This document shows positions 15,119 through 28,524 of a stretch of DNA of 64,000 nt, in pieces. The notes beneath the pieces are model-generated. The model was not told the origin of the DNA. It was given only the letters and a program-made list of their open reading frames with translations, and searched no databases. Positions within the stretch are counted from its first letter, which is position 1, and every line of letters starts with the position of its first letter. Position numbers and translations under genes: made by a program. This stretch comes from the human T2T-CHM13v2.0 reference genome, Homo sapiens, in assembly GCF_009914755.1 (NCBI RefSeq), contig NC_060929.1, one strand, 5' to 3'.

Positions 15119-18100
15119 TCTCTCATTTTATTTTTATTGAGGTTATTTGGATTTTCTCTCTTCTTTTCTTTGCTAATCTTGCTAATGGTCAATCAAATTT
15201 ATTTGTCTTTTCAAAGAACCAGTTTTTCATTTCATTTTTGTATTTCTTTTGTTTCAATTTGATTTAATTCTGCTCTGATCTTGGTCATTTCCTTTCTTCT
15301 GCAGGGTTTGGGTTTGGTTTGTTCTTATTTCTTTAGTTTTTTGAGAAGTGACTTTAGAATGTCAGTTTGTGCTCTTTGAGTCTTTCTGATGTAGACATTT
15401 AGGGCTATGAACTTTCCGCTTAACACCACCTTTGCTGTATCCCAGAGGTTTTGATAGATTGTTACTATTGTCACTCAGTTTGAATAATTTTTTAATTTTC
15501 ATCTTGATTTCATTTTTGACCCAATGATCATTCAAGAGCATGTTATTTAATTTCCATGTATTTGCATGGTTTTGAAGGTTCCTTTTGAAGTTGATTTCCA
15601 ATTTTATTCCACTGTGGTGTGACAGAGTGCTTGATATAATTTCAATCTTCTTAAATTTATTGAGGTTTGTTTTGTGGCCTATCTTGGAGAAAGTTCCATG
15701 CACTATTCAATAGAATGTGTATTCTGTGATTGTTGGATGAAATGTTCTTTATATAACTGTTAAGTCCATTTGTTTCAAGGTATAGTTTAAATCCATTGTT
15801 TCTTTGTTGACTTTCTGTCTTTATGAACTGTCTTGTGCTGTCAGTGGACTACTGAAGTCCCCCACTATTATTGTGTTGCTGTCTATCTCTTTTCTTAGGT
15901 CTATTAGTGATTGTTTTAGATATTTGAGAGCTCCCATATTAGGTGCACATATGTTTAGCATTGTGATATTTTCCTATTAGACAAGGCCTTTTACGATTAT
16001 ATAATGCCTCTCTGTCTCTTTTAACTGCTGTTGCTTTACAGTTTGTTTTGTCTCATATAAGAATAGCTACATATGCTTGCTTTTGGAGTCTATTTGCATG
16101 AAATGACCTTTTCCACCCCTTTACTTTAAGTTTCTTTGAGTCCTTAAGTGTTAGGTTAGTCTCTTGAAGGCGGCAGATGGTTGGTGGAGTTCTTATCCAT
16201 TCTGCAGGTCTGTATCTGTTAAGTGGAGCATTTAGGCCATTTAAATTCAATGTTAGTATTGCAATGTGAGATACCATTCCGCTCATTGTGCTATTTGTTG
16301 CCCATGTACCTTGGTTGTTTTTTGTTTTTGCTTTTTAACTTGTAATTTTGTTGTATAGGTCCTGTGAAATTTATGCTTTGAAGAGTTTCTGTTTTGATGT
16401 GTTTCCAGGATTTGTTTCAAGATTTAGTACTCCTTTTAGCAGTTCTTGTAGTGGTGGCTTGCTGGTGGTGAATTCGCTCAGCATTTGTTTGTCTGAAAAA
16501 GACTGTATCTTTCTTTCATATATGCTGCTTAGTTTCACTGGATACGAAATTATTGGCTGATAATTGTTTTATTTGAGGAGGTTGAGGATAGGGCCCCAAT
16601 TCCTTCTAGCTTGCAGGGTTTCTGCTGAGAAATCTGCTGTTAATCTGATACGTTTTTCTTATAGGTTACCGGGTGCTTTTGTCTCACAGCTCTCAAGATT
16701 CTTTCCTTCATCGTAACATTAAATAGCCTGATGACAATGTGCCTAGGCGATGATCTTTTTGCAATGAATTTCCCAGGTGTTCTTTGTGCTTCTTGGATTT
16801 GGATGTCTAGGTCTCTGGCAAGGTTGGGGAAGTTTTCCCTGATTAATCCCGCAAATATGTTTTCCAGACTTTGAGATTTCTCTTCTTTCTCAGGAACACA
16901 GATTATTCTTAGGTTTAGTCGTTTAACATAATCCCAGACTTCTTGGAGGCTTTGTTCATATTTTCTTATTTTTTTCTGTTTGTCTTTATTGCATTGGGTT
17001 AATTTGAAGAACTTGTTTTCAAGCTATGAATTTCTTTCTTCTACTTGTTCAATTCTATTGCTGAGACTTTCCAGAGCATTTTGTATTTCTATTAGTGTGT
17101 CCAATGTTTCCTGAAGTTTTGATTGATTGATTCTTTATGCTATCTATCTCCTTCAATATTTCTCCCTTCACTTCTTGTATCATTTTTTTTGGATTTCCTT
17201 GTATTGGGCTTTGCCTTTCTCTCATGCCTCCCTGATTAGCCTAATAACTAACCTTCTAAATTCTTTTACCGGTAAATCAGGGATTTCTTCCTGGTTCTGA
17301 TCCATTGCTGATGAGCTAGTGTGATTTTGGGGGGGTTTATAAGAGCCTTGTTTTGTCATATTATGAGAGTTGGTTTTCTGGTTTCTTCTCATTTGGGTAG
17401 CCTCTGTCAAAGGGAAAGTCTAGGGCTGAAGGATGTTGTTCAGGTTCTTTTGTCCTTTGGGGGGATTCCCTTGATGGAGCACTCTCTCCCTTTTCCTATG
17501 GATGTGGCTTCCCAAGAACTGCATTGCGGTGATTGTTGTCTCTCTTCTAAGTCTAGCCACCCAGCAAATCTACCAGGCTCTGGGCTGGTACTGGAGGTTG
17601 TCTTCACCAACTCCTTTGATGTGAATAGTCTATGGGTCTCTCAGCCATGGATACCAGCACTTGTTCTGGTGGAGGAGGCAGGGGAGTGAAATGGACTCTA
17701 TGAAGGTTCTTAGCTTTGGTGGTTTTAATGCTCTTTTTTTTTTTTTTTTTGCTTGTTGGCCTCCTGCCAGGAGGTGGCACTTTACAGAAAGCATCAGCAG
17801 TGGTAGTATGCAGAGGAACTGGTGATAGGTGGGGCCCTAGAACTCCCAAGAGTATATACCCTTTGTCTTCAGCTACCAGGGTGGGTAGGGAAGGACCATC
17901 AGATGGGGACAGGGCTAGGTGTGTCTGAGCTCAGACTCTCCTTAAGTGGGTCTTGCTGCAGCTGCTTTAAAGGGTGGGGGTGAGGTTCCCAGGTCAATGG
18001 AGTTATGTACCTAGCAGGATTATGGCTGCCTCTGCTAAGTCATGCAGGTTGTCAGGGAAATGAAGGAAGGCCAGCAGTCACAGGCCTCATCAGCTCCCAT

Positions 18101-20771
18101 GAAATCTGAAGGGCCAGTCTCACTCCCATTGTGCCCCCACTAACAGCACCAAGTCTGTTTCCAGGTAGTGGGCAAGCAGGGCTGAGAATATACCCCAGGC
18201 TACCCACCTCCCAGCTGTGAAAGTAAAGGGCTGTAGTTCCTCCCCACCTATGTAGTCTGCACACCAGATTCACACCCTCCCGTGAGTTCTGACTAGCAGG
18301 CTTCTCACCTGGTTCAAATTGTTACAAAGTTCAGCTGGAGACATCCTTCTCCATGTGGCATTTTCCCTGCACTTCCGGCCACCCTCTGGAAGGATCCCTG
18401 TGGTGCCAGGCAGGAATGGCCTGCTGGGGGACCCAGTGAGCTCCCAGGGCCTTTCCCACTGCTTCCGCTACCCCTGTATTTCGCTTGGCTCTCCTAAATT
18501 GACTCAGCTCCAGGTAAGGTCAGAAACTTCTCCTGCAAACTAGACCTTCAGTTTCCAAGCATTTTTTCATACTTTGTTGACCACATGTAAGTCTTCTTTT
18601 GAGAAGTGTCTTTTGCCCATTTTTTAAATGGGGTTCTTTGTTTTTTACCTCTTCAATTGTTCAAGTTCCTTACAGATTCTGGATATTAGACCTTTGTTAG
18701 ATGCATATTTTGTAAATATTTTCTCCAATTCTGTAGGTTGTGTTTAATCTGTTGATAGTTTCTTTTGCTGTGAAGAAGCTCTTTAGTTTAATTAGGTCTC
18801 ACTTTTTAATTTTTGTTTTTGTTGCAATTGTATTTTAGGACTTACTTATAAATTTTTTCCCTAGGCACATGTCCAGTATGGTGTTTCTGAGTTTTTCTTC
18901 TAGGATTCTTAAAGTTTGAGGTTTTACATTTAAATTTTTAATCCACTTTGCATCAATTTTTGTATATGGCGAAAGGTAGAGGTGCAGTTTTATTCTTCTG
19001 CACATGTTATAGCTAGCCAGCTATCCCGATATTGTTTATTGAATAGGGAGTTCTTTCCCCTTTGCTTATTTTTGCCAACTCTGTCAAAGATGAGATGGCT
19101 GTTGCTGTGAAGCCTTATTTATGGGGTCTCTATTCTGTTCCATTAGTCTATGTGTCTGTTTTTGCACCAGTATCACACTGTTTGGTTACTGTAGCCTTAT
19201 ATTAATAGTATAGTTGGAAGTCAGGTAATGTGATGCCTCCATCTTTGTTTTTGCTTAGAAATGCTTTGGCTATTTGGGATTTTTTATGATTCCTTATGAA
19301 TTTTAGAATAGTTTTTTTCTAATTCTGCAAAATGTGATAGTAGTTTGATAGAAATACCATTGATTCCGTAGATTGTTTTAGACAGTATGGCCATTTTACC
19401 GATACTGAGTTTTCCAATCCATGAGGATGGAATTTCCTTCCATTTGTTTGTGTCATCTCTGATTTCTTTTAGCAGTGTTTTGTAGTTCTTCTTGTAGAGA
19501 TCCTTCACTTCATTGGTTGAATGTATTGCTAGGTATTTTGTATTTGTTTGTGGCTATTGTAAATTGGATTGCATTCTTCATTTGGCTCTCAGTTATTGAT
19601 ATATAAAAATGCTACTGATTTTTGTACATTGATTTTATATCCTAAAACTTTGTTGAAGTCATTTATCAGTTCCAGGACCCATTTGACAGACTCTTTGGGG
19701 TTTTCTAGGAATAAAATCAAATTGTCCATGAAGAGAGATAGTTTAAATTCTTCTTTTCCTATCTGGATGACTTTTATTTCTTTCTCTTGCTTGATTGCCC
19801 TGGCTAGCACTTCCAGTACTATGTTGACAGAGAGGTGACAATAAGCATCCTTGTCTTGTTCCAGTTCTCCGAAGGAAAGCTTCTAGTTTTTGCCCATTCA
19901 TTATGATATTGGCAGTGGATTTCTCATGGGTGGCTCTTATTATTTTGAGGTATGTTCTTTTGATGCCTAGTTCCTTGAAGCTTTTTATCATAAAGGGATG
20001 TTAAATTTTATCAAAAAGTTTTTCCATGTCTATAGAGATAATCATATGGTTTTTGCTTTTAATTCTATTTATGTTGTAAATCACATTTATTGATTTGCAT
20101 AGGTTAAATGAACTTTGCATCCCAGGAATAAAGCCTACTTGATCATTGTGAGTTAACTTTTTGATGTGTTGTTGTATTTTGCTGAGGATTTTTTCATCTA
20201 TACTCATAAGGGATATTGGTCTGTAGTTTTCTTTTTTCATTGTGTCTTCGCCAGATTTGGTATCAGCGTGATGCTGGCTTCATGGAATGAGTTGAGGAGG
20301 AGTGCCTCCTCCTTGACTTTTTGAAATAGTTTCAGTGAAATTGTTACCAGCTCCCCTTGTACATCTGGTAGAATTTGGCTGTCAATCCATTTGGTCTGGT
20401 ACATTTTTTGATTGCTAGATTTTTTATTACTGATTTAATTTTGGAACTTGATATTGGTCTGTTCATTGTTTCCATTTCTTACTGATTTAACATTGGGAGA
20501 GGGTGTGTTTCCAGGAATGTATCCATTTCCTCTAGATTTTCTAATTTGTGTGTACAGAGTTGTTAATAATAGTCTCTGAGGACCTTTTGTATTTCTGTGG
20601 GACTGGTTGTATTGTAACCATTGTAATTTCTGATTGTGCTTATTAGAATCTTCTCTATTTGTTAATCTAGCTAGCAGCCTATTGATCTTGTTTATCCTTT
20701 CAAAAAACAACTTTTTGTTTCATTGATTCTTCGTATGAATTTTTGAGTCTCAATTTCCTTCAGTTCCTCTC

Positions 20772-21140
20772 TGTATTAGTCCATTTTCATGCTGCTGATA
20801 AAGACATACTCAAGACTGGCCAATTTACAAAAGAAAGATACTTAATTGCACTCACAGTTCCACGTGGCTGGGGAGGCCTCACAATCATCATGAAAGGCAA
20901 GGAGGAGCAAGTCACATCTCACATGGATGGTGGCAGACAAGGAGAGAGCTTGTGCAGAGAAACTCCTGTTTTTAAAACCATCAGATCTCATGAGACTCAT
21001 TCACTATCTCAAGAATAGTGCAGGAAAGACCTGCCCCATGATTCAATTATCTCCAACTGGGTTCCTCCCACAACACGTGGGAATTGTGGGAGTTACAATT
21101 CAAGATGAGATTTGGGTGGGGACACAGCCAAACCATATCA
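20772..21140 (-). mobile_element. THE1-family (MaLR) solo LTR
   Basis: TGTATTAGTCCATTTTCATGCTGCTGATAAAGACATAC...GACACAGCCAAACCATATCA; 5-bp flanks CTCTC/CACTC. Confidence 0.93.
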
Positions 21141-21349
21141 CACTCTGATTTTAGTTATTGCTTTTCTTCTGCAAGCTTTAGAATTTGTTTTTTCTTGGTC
21201 TTTTGTTTTTTGTTTGTTTTTTTTTTTAGTTCTCATAGGTGTGATGTTAGATCATTAATTTGAGATCTTTCTAACTTTTTTAGGTAGACAGTTAGTGCTA
21301 TAAACTTCCCTTTTAAAAATGCTTTAGCTGCATCCTAGAGTTTTGGTAT

Positions 21350-22144
21350 TGATATAGTTTGGACCTGTGTCCCCACACAAATCTCATGTTAAATTCTCAT
21401 CCCCAATGTTGGAGGTCAGGCTGGGGCAGGAGAATAGAGTCTGGGGGCAGGGAACACAAGGCCTATTCACACTGACTTCCTAGAACTAAATCAAATGGAA
21501 ACATGTTTCCTCTCCATTTACGTAGGGCATACATCAAGTAAATGGCTTTGTAACTTTACTTCATCCTCTTCATTTACATAGGTCATGTACCAAGTAACCA
21601 GTGGAGACCTCTAGAGAGTATTTAACCTCCAGAAAATTCTGTAACCAGGCCCTTGAGCCCCTATGCTTAAACCTGCTCCTACTCTGTGAAGTGTACTTTC
21701 ATTTTCAATAAATCTCTGCTTTTGTTGCTTCATTCTTTTCTTGCTTTGTTTGTGAATTTTTCCCATTCTCTGTTCAAGACACCAAGAAGCTAGACACCCT
21801 CCACTAGTAACAGGGCCTGGTGGTAGGTAACTGAATCACTGGGGTGGTTTTTCTTGAGTGGTTTAGCACCATCCCCCTAGTGTTGTTCTTGTGATAGAGT
21901 TCTTATGAGATCTGGTTAAGTGTAGCACCTCTCTTCCCTCCTTGGTCCAGCTCCTGCCATATAAGATATCTTCTCCCACTTTGCCTTCTGTCAGGAGTAA
22001 AAGCTCCCTGAGGCTTCCCCAGAAGCAGATGCTACTATGCTTCCCGTTTAGCCTGTGGAACCATGAGCCAATTAAACTTATTTTCTTTATATATTACCCA
22101 GTCTCATGTATTTTTTTATAGCATTATGAGAACAGACTAACATA
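21350..22144 (+). mobile_element. MST-family (MaLR) solo LTR split by an ERV1 LTR
   Basis: TGATATAGTTTGGA...CCCCAATGTTGGAGG resumes as GGGCCTGGTGG...AACAGACTAACATA; flanks GGTAT/GGGAT. Confidence 0.88.
21422..21812 (+). mobile_element. ERV1 solo LTR, MER61-like
   Basis: TG...CA termini (TGGGGCAGGAGAATAGAGTCTGG...CCACTAGTAACA), internal AATAAA, 4-bp flanks AGGC/GGGC. Confidence 0.75.
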
Positions 22145-24544
22145 GGGATGTTTTGTGTCTGTTTTCAGTTATTTCAAAAAAATTTTTGATTTCTGACATG
22201 ATTTTGTTGTTTGCCCAAAAGTCATTCAGGAGCAAGCTGTCTAATTTCCATGTAATTGTGTAGTTTTAAGAGATCTTCTTGTTATTGATTTCTATTTTTA
22301 TTCCACTACAGTCTGAGAGTATGTTTGGTATGATTTTGATTTTTTTGAATTTATTGAGACTTTTTTTATGGCTAAATATGTAGTCAATCTTGGAGTATAT
22401 TCAATCTGCAGATGAGAAGAATATATACTCTGTGGTTGATGGGTGGAGGATTCTGTAGATGCCTATTAAGTCTAGTTAGTTAAGGGTCAAGTTTAAGTCC
22501 AGAATTTCTGTTAGTTTTCTGCCTTAATGATCTTTCTAATGCTTTCCATGAAGTGTTAAAGTTTCCCACTATTATTGTGTGGCTGTCTAAGTCTTTTCAT
22601 AGGTCTAGATGTACTTGTTTTATGACTCTGGGTACCAGTGCACCAATGTTGGGTGCATATATGTTTAGGGTAGTTAAGTCTTCTTGTTGAATTGAACACT
22701 GTCATTAGGTAACGCCCTTCTTAATTTTTTTTTTTTTTTTTTTACTCTTGTTGATTTAAAGTCTGGTTTATCTGATGTAAGAATAGTGACCCCTGCTCTT
22801 TTTTGGTTTCTGTTTGCTGAATAGATCTTTTTCCAACCCTTTACTTTGAGCCTATGGGTATCACTATATGTGAGATGGGTCTCTTAAAGACAACAGACAG
22901 ATGGGTCTTATTTTTATGTCCAACTTGCCACTCTGTGCCTTTTAAGTGGGGTGCATAGGTCATTTACATTCAAAGTTAATATTCATATGTGAGGTTTTGA
23001 TCCTACCATAAAATTGGAAGCTGGTTGCTTTGTAGTTTATATTGTATTTTATCTTTATACAGTCTGCAAGTGATGTACTTGTGTGTTTTTTGTGGTAGCA
23101 TTGTAGTGTCTATTGTACTTTTTCTTTATAGGGTCTGCAGGCTATGTACATAAGTGTGATTTTGTGGTAGGAGGTATCACTCTCTTTTTTTCCTGTTTAG
23201 AACTCGCATAAGAATCTCTTGTAAGGCTTAGCTAATGGTAATAAAATTCCTTACCACTTACTTGTCTAGAAAAGATTTTATTTCCCCCTTGCTTATAAAG
23301 CTTAGTTTGGGGGGATATGAAATTATTGGTTGAATTTTTTTTTTCCTTATGATGCTGAACATAGGCCCCCAATCTCTCCTGACATGTAAAGTTTCTGCTG
23401 AGAACTCCCTTGTTAACCTGATGGGGTTCCTTTTGTATGTGATATGCCCTTTTTCTCCAGCTGCCTTTGAGGTTTTTTCTTTAGCATTGACTTTGGACAG
23501 TGTGGTGATGATACACCTTGATAAGTATTGTTTTGTGTAGTATCTTTCAGGTGTTCTTTGGATTTCTTGTATCCGGATGTCTGTCTCTAACAAGATTAGG
23601 GATGTTTTCTTGAATTATTTCCTCAAATATATGTTTTAGATTCTTTGCTTTTTCTCCTTCTATTTTAGAAATGCCACTAACTTGTAGGTTTGGTCACTTT
23701 ACAAAATCTCATATTTCTTGAAGACGTTGCTCATTTTTTAAAAAATTATTTTTTCTTTATTTCTGAAATTCTTTCTTCTGCTTGGGCCAATCTGTTGATA
23801 AAGCTTTCAACTGTATTTTGAAATTCCTTCAGTTAGGTTTTCAATTCCAGAAGCTGTGACTGATTTCTTTTTAAGATGTTATCTCTTCCTTCATTTCCTG
23901 GATTGCTTTAGAAGTTATTTTCTGTTGACTTTCAACCCTGTCTTGGATCTCAGTGAGCCACCTTGCAATCCATGCTTTGAATTCTTTATGTGTCATTTCT
24001 GAATTTCCATTTCAGTTAGGAACCATTGTTGGAGAGCTAGGGCAATCCTTTGGTGGTGTCACTACATTCGTATTTTTCGTGGTGCAAGAATTATTGCACT
24101 GGCTCCCTCTTATCTGGAGACACTAACACTTCTAATTTTTGTAATTATTTTTGTGTGGGTAGAATATTTTCTTTTTCTTTCTTTCCCTATTATGTTAGTA
24201 TACCATCATTTTTCTTTCCCTTTCCTTCCTAAGGGGTGTGACTGTAGAGAATGCTGAGTAAGGTCTTTAGGCTCTGCTTCTTTAACCCTGTGTACTTCTT
24301 TCAGCAGATTTTACATTGGGTTGTGCAATTTGGCCCACAAGCCCATAGATTACACTTATAGGTAAGAGCCAGCTGCAGCCAATGTGGTTGGGTATATACT
24401 TGATTTTTTTTTTTTACTTGCAACAGCACTCTGTTGCCTCAGGCAATGGGTTAATTTGTAGAATGCACAGTGGTCTAAGCTCCCTGCTTAGCCCTGGGGA
24501 GCTGGAATCACAAAGGGTGGGGCCAGACAAAGCAGGTCCACCTA

Positions 24545-24883
24545 TGTCCAGGAAGGGTGGGGAGGCTCAGGCTGCTGAACCAAGTGAATGGGGACTCCAA
24601 ATGCCTGGAGATCTTTCTGGGAGTGGAACAGAGAGAACCCTGCTGTACCACAATCTCTGTACAGGAATGGTGGGGTAGCTCAGTCTGCTGAACCAGGTGA
24701 ACAGCTTTTCTGAGTGCCTAGTGATCTGACTGGGCATGGAGCAGAATAAGTCTTGCTGCACCAAGATCTGTGTCCAGGAAAGGTAAGGTGACTCACGATG
24801 CTGGTTCAGGCAAGTAGGTGCTCCAAATGCCTGCATTTCTGCCTGAAGGTGGATCATAGAGGGCCTTGCTACACCACAATCTC
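24545..24883. repeat. Three diverged 113-bp tandem units in the L1 5'UTR
   Basis: Units start TGT(C/A)CAGGAA at 24545, 24658 and 24771, and each ends near TGCT...CACCA(C/A)(A/G)ATCT. Confidence 0.85.
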
Positions 24884-24889
24884 ATGGGA

Positions 24890-25366
24890 GCATGGTATGC
24901 CACTTCTGAAATTAGGTTAGCAAGGACTCTGGCTTCCACCATGAGTGCATGTTTTCCATCTGTCTGCCTTTCAGTCTCTCTCTCTCTCTCTTTCTGTCTC
25001 TCTGTATCATTCTTTCCTGGGGAAGTAAGTGGCCATGTTACAAGGCATAGTATAGAAGGGCTTATATGGTGAGAAACTGAGTGTCTGGCCAACAGCTATT
25101 GAAGATACAAGGCCTGCTAACTACTATATGAGTGAGTTTGAAAGCAGACCCTTCACCTCAAGCTGAACATTAAAATGACACAGCCCTGCCTATTTTCACT
25201 GCAGCTTAAGTGCAACTTCATAAGAGATCTCGAGCCAGAACCTCCCAACTAAGCCACACTCAGAATCCTGACCCTCAGAAATTATGTGACCTAATACACC
25301 TTTGTTGTTCCTTTAAGCTGCTAAACATTGAGGTAATTTGTTACACAATATTCGGTAACTAATACT
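24890..25366 (+). mobile_element. MLT1-family (MaLR) LTR, 5'-incomplete
   Basis: CTAAGCCACACTCAGAATCCTGACCCTCAGAAATT...TTTAAGCTGCTAA...GTAATTTGTTACACA...TAACTAATAC. Confidence 0.8.
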
Positions 25367-25544
25367 GTTAGTTACTAATTTTACAATACCTTTTTGCAGA
25401 GTCTGCACTGATTGAAAGAGAAGGGTAAATTGTAGTTATTTGTGGCCAGTTGGACATGAAAAAAAATGAACACCTTTTAACTGTAATGTTTTCTCACTTT
25501 TATCATCATACTCTTAAGAGATATGGATAGAGAAATCATTTTCC

Positions 25545-25844
<300 letters not shown>

Positions 25845-26804
25845 TCATTTTCCTTTTACAAATTTGGAGTCTGATAGGTCTAGAGAGGCTCACTGTCTAT
25901 CCAATATAATACAGCAGGCAAGTCAGTAAAGCCTGAACTGCACCTCCACTTTTCATATTTCTACCCCCATGGTCCTTGTCATGAGACTACCTTGCCTCTG
26001 CTTCCCACTTCTATCCAACAGTTGGTTGGTAGTCAACTAAAAAAGGAGGTTGAAAAACATTCAAGAGTTTAGCTTTAGGCTGTAATACCTAATATAAGAA
26101 TGGGAATTGTAATGAAAGTTACCAGCTACATCACTTATGCCATTATTATTTTATAAAATAGTTTATTAAACCAGATAAACTGACACATTATGTATATTAT
26201 CGTATTATGTATAGCCAAATTGGCATGTTAGACCAAATTGGCAGGTATTCCATCAACTCTTCATGTATCAGCTGCTTGTTAAAAACTGTGTCCAATTTTA
26301 TTGTATGTTGAAAGAAGCACTTAAGAGTGAGATGAGATTCCATCTTTACAGTTTCTTCAGTGTTTTTGAAGGACCCAGATGCAGCTTACAAAACTTTTGA
26401 GTTTGGAGATCATCTTGAAGAGATGGGCTTTGAAAAGATTTATAAATGACCAACAAAGATGGTGTGGCTTCCACATTCAAAAATGTACCTCTTCTGTTGG
26501 AGGATGACTTTGAATTTGGTTACCTTGGATCTATTTTGATTTTTGAGTCCCTAAAAGTATTTCTGCATTATCTTAGTTTCAGGTGCTTAGATGTTTGGGG
26601 ATTTAAAAAAAAAGCATGAGGCTTAACGATGATGTTGAGGCAATTGGCTTCATTTTATGAATTGGAAAAAATATTTGGGAGAACAAAATTATTCCTCTTG
26701 AGCTAAGAAAGTATTAAAATGGTATTACAATCTTAAAACAAGCATTCTTAGAGTGATTTATACTGTGATTTTTAATTCCTTTACTTCAGTGTTGAAATCA
26801 CTTG

Positions 26805-27025
26805 AAATTAGAGAGCATGGCTAGAGTCCCAGCATCACCATGCACTAGCTATGTGAAACTGATTAAAGATGCTAAGCCTCAGTCACTTTACTGTAAAATG
26901 AGATTACTAATGCTACATTCCTTATAGTGTTTTAAGGAGAATTAAATAACTTAATTCCTGTACATTATATCATATAGTGCCTATTATATAACAAACTTTC
27001 AGCAGATGCTGTCCATTATTATTTA
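26805..27025 (+). mobile_element. MIR
   Basis: ACTAGCTATGTGA...AAGCCTCAGT...CTGTAAAATGAGATTACTAATGCTAC...GAGAATTAAATAA. Confidence 0.75.
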
Positions 27026-28524
27026 ATAATAGTTTATTGAATGATAACAACCAGGTAATTAGGCCATGTTTCTCCTGGTTGCTATAATCTTCTGGAGAAG
27101 CAATCAATCTATAAAAATGATGGAAACTGAGAAGGAAAAGGGGCTAGAAAAGTAAAAGATAAAAATCAGCTAAATTTACTAATTTTAACTCACATTACTG
27201 GGGAACAGATCACATCAAACTTTGAGGTAAAACTATGTATTAGGAAGTAAATACCAAACACATTCTAATATTCTTTTAGTCCACTATATTTATTTTCACA
27301 AATATTTACTTGGTACCTAACCTATACAGTTTTGAGAGCTTGTTACCTAATTATTTAAGTTGTAATGTACTCAAGTATCTTTCCCTATAAAGGCTGATTA
27401 CCATTTTATAGCAGGTTTATACTGCTGTTAGAATTTCTGAGTCTTCCTTTCAGTAACGACCGGATAAAATGTGACATCTTCAGCAAAGTCTTAATCAAGA
27501 CATTCAAGCAAAGGCAGCTTTTTCTTCTATTCTGCTCCCCTAGATACTATTTCACAATTATTCCCACCAGAATGTATTCTAAACATTTATTTATATACTT
27601 CTTTCCTCCACTAGATAGCAATCACATCAGAAGTATGAAGTTAAAAATTTTCTTTTCATTTTATGTTTTGCAGAACGGAGGTACATAAACATTACCTGAA
27701 TGAATGAGGAAGGAATTTGATTCTTTACTGTGGAGCAGAGTACATAGAATACTAAGATATATATGTATTTAGTGATATTGATATAGATTTAGATATACAT
27801 ATGGACGATATATAGATATATGGTATTTAGTAAGAACAACAATCTTACTCTTACATCCGACCTCTGAGGTCACTTACGATAGTGTAGTGAAGAGGGCTGA
27901 GACTACTGACAGTTCTTTCTTTTCCCAAAGTGGATTCCCAGCAGCTTTTTTTTGTCAATTTCTCTTGGCAGTGGCTTCTGGCACAGGCTCCCAACAGCTG
28001 CTCCCATCTGTAATGGCTCTTCTCTCAAATAGCTCCCGTTGTCAGTGAGTCTCATTGCTACAATTCTAGGACAACAGTAGTGCTTCCTATTTTGAAGCCC
28101 TCTTGCCTCCTTTATTCTTCCTTTGGTAATTGGTTCCTGCTTTCTTTGCACCATTTCTGGGTGGGTAGTTTACAACAGAGTCTACACAGAGCCCTCCAGG
28201 TAGTTACAGAATAAACCCACTCTTTTTCATTGGTCCTTTAATGTAATCCTCATAATAACCCTCGTGAATGGGTTTCAGAGATATTGATCCTCTCAGTCTC
28301 AGAGTTGAATAAACCCACTCTTTTTAAGGGATCAGTTCAAAGATATTAAGACAAAAAATCCTAAGTTATAAATAGTGTTATAGTCTCAGTAACTTTCTAT
28401 GGTCTACCTAATGTGTTCTGAGGTTTGGGATCCCCCAGTGGAGTTATAACTGCTTCAGGACATTATACCCTCAGCGATTAACTGAACACATGTCTAGTGG
28501 AGATTTTACTTTATTTTATTTTAC

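Larger units (their letters stand above)
12700..18557 (-). mobile_element. Near-full-length L1PB-type LINE-1 nested in the older L1
   Basis: L1PB-type 3' end (TTTCCATAGGTTATTGG...GGTGCACCCATCACCCGA), ORF2 start MSGMVSHIAILTLNLNGLNAP (16053-16286), ORF1 N-terminus (17222-17410), and a GC-richer 5'UTR to about 18557. Confidence 0.92.
11800..24887 (-). mobile_element. Old near-full-length L1PA15/16-like element (11800-12561 and 18558-24887) hosting L1PB, THE1, MST and ERV1 LTR insertions
   Basis: 3'UTR at about 11810-12060. The sequence breaks at GATGTTGAGC (12561) and resumes AGCATTTTTTCATA (18558). ORF2 remnants include ENYRPISLM and [10 protein letters not shown]; ORF1 remnant at 23258-23593; repeat-containing 5'UTR at about 24250-24887. 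Confidence 0.88.

Noticed and set aside
27655-27690. Apparent 7-nt microexon (ttttgcag|AACGGAG|gtacat)
   Set aside because: It lies in a degenerate L2-like tail, has a weak donor and is not frame-preserving.
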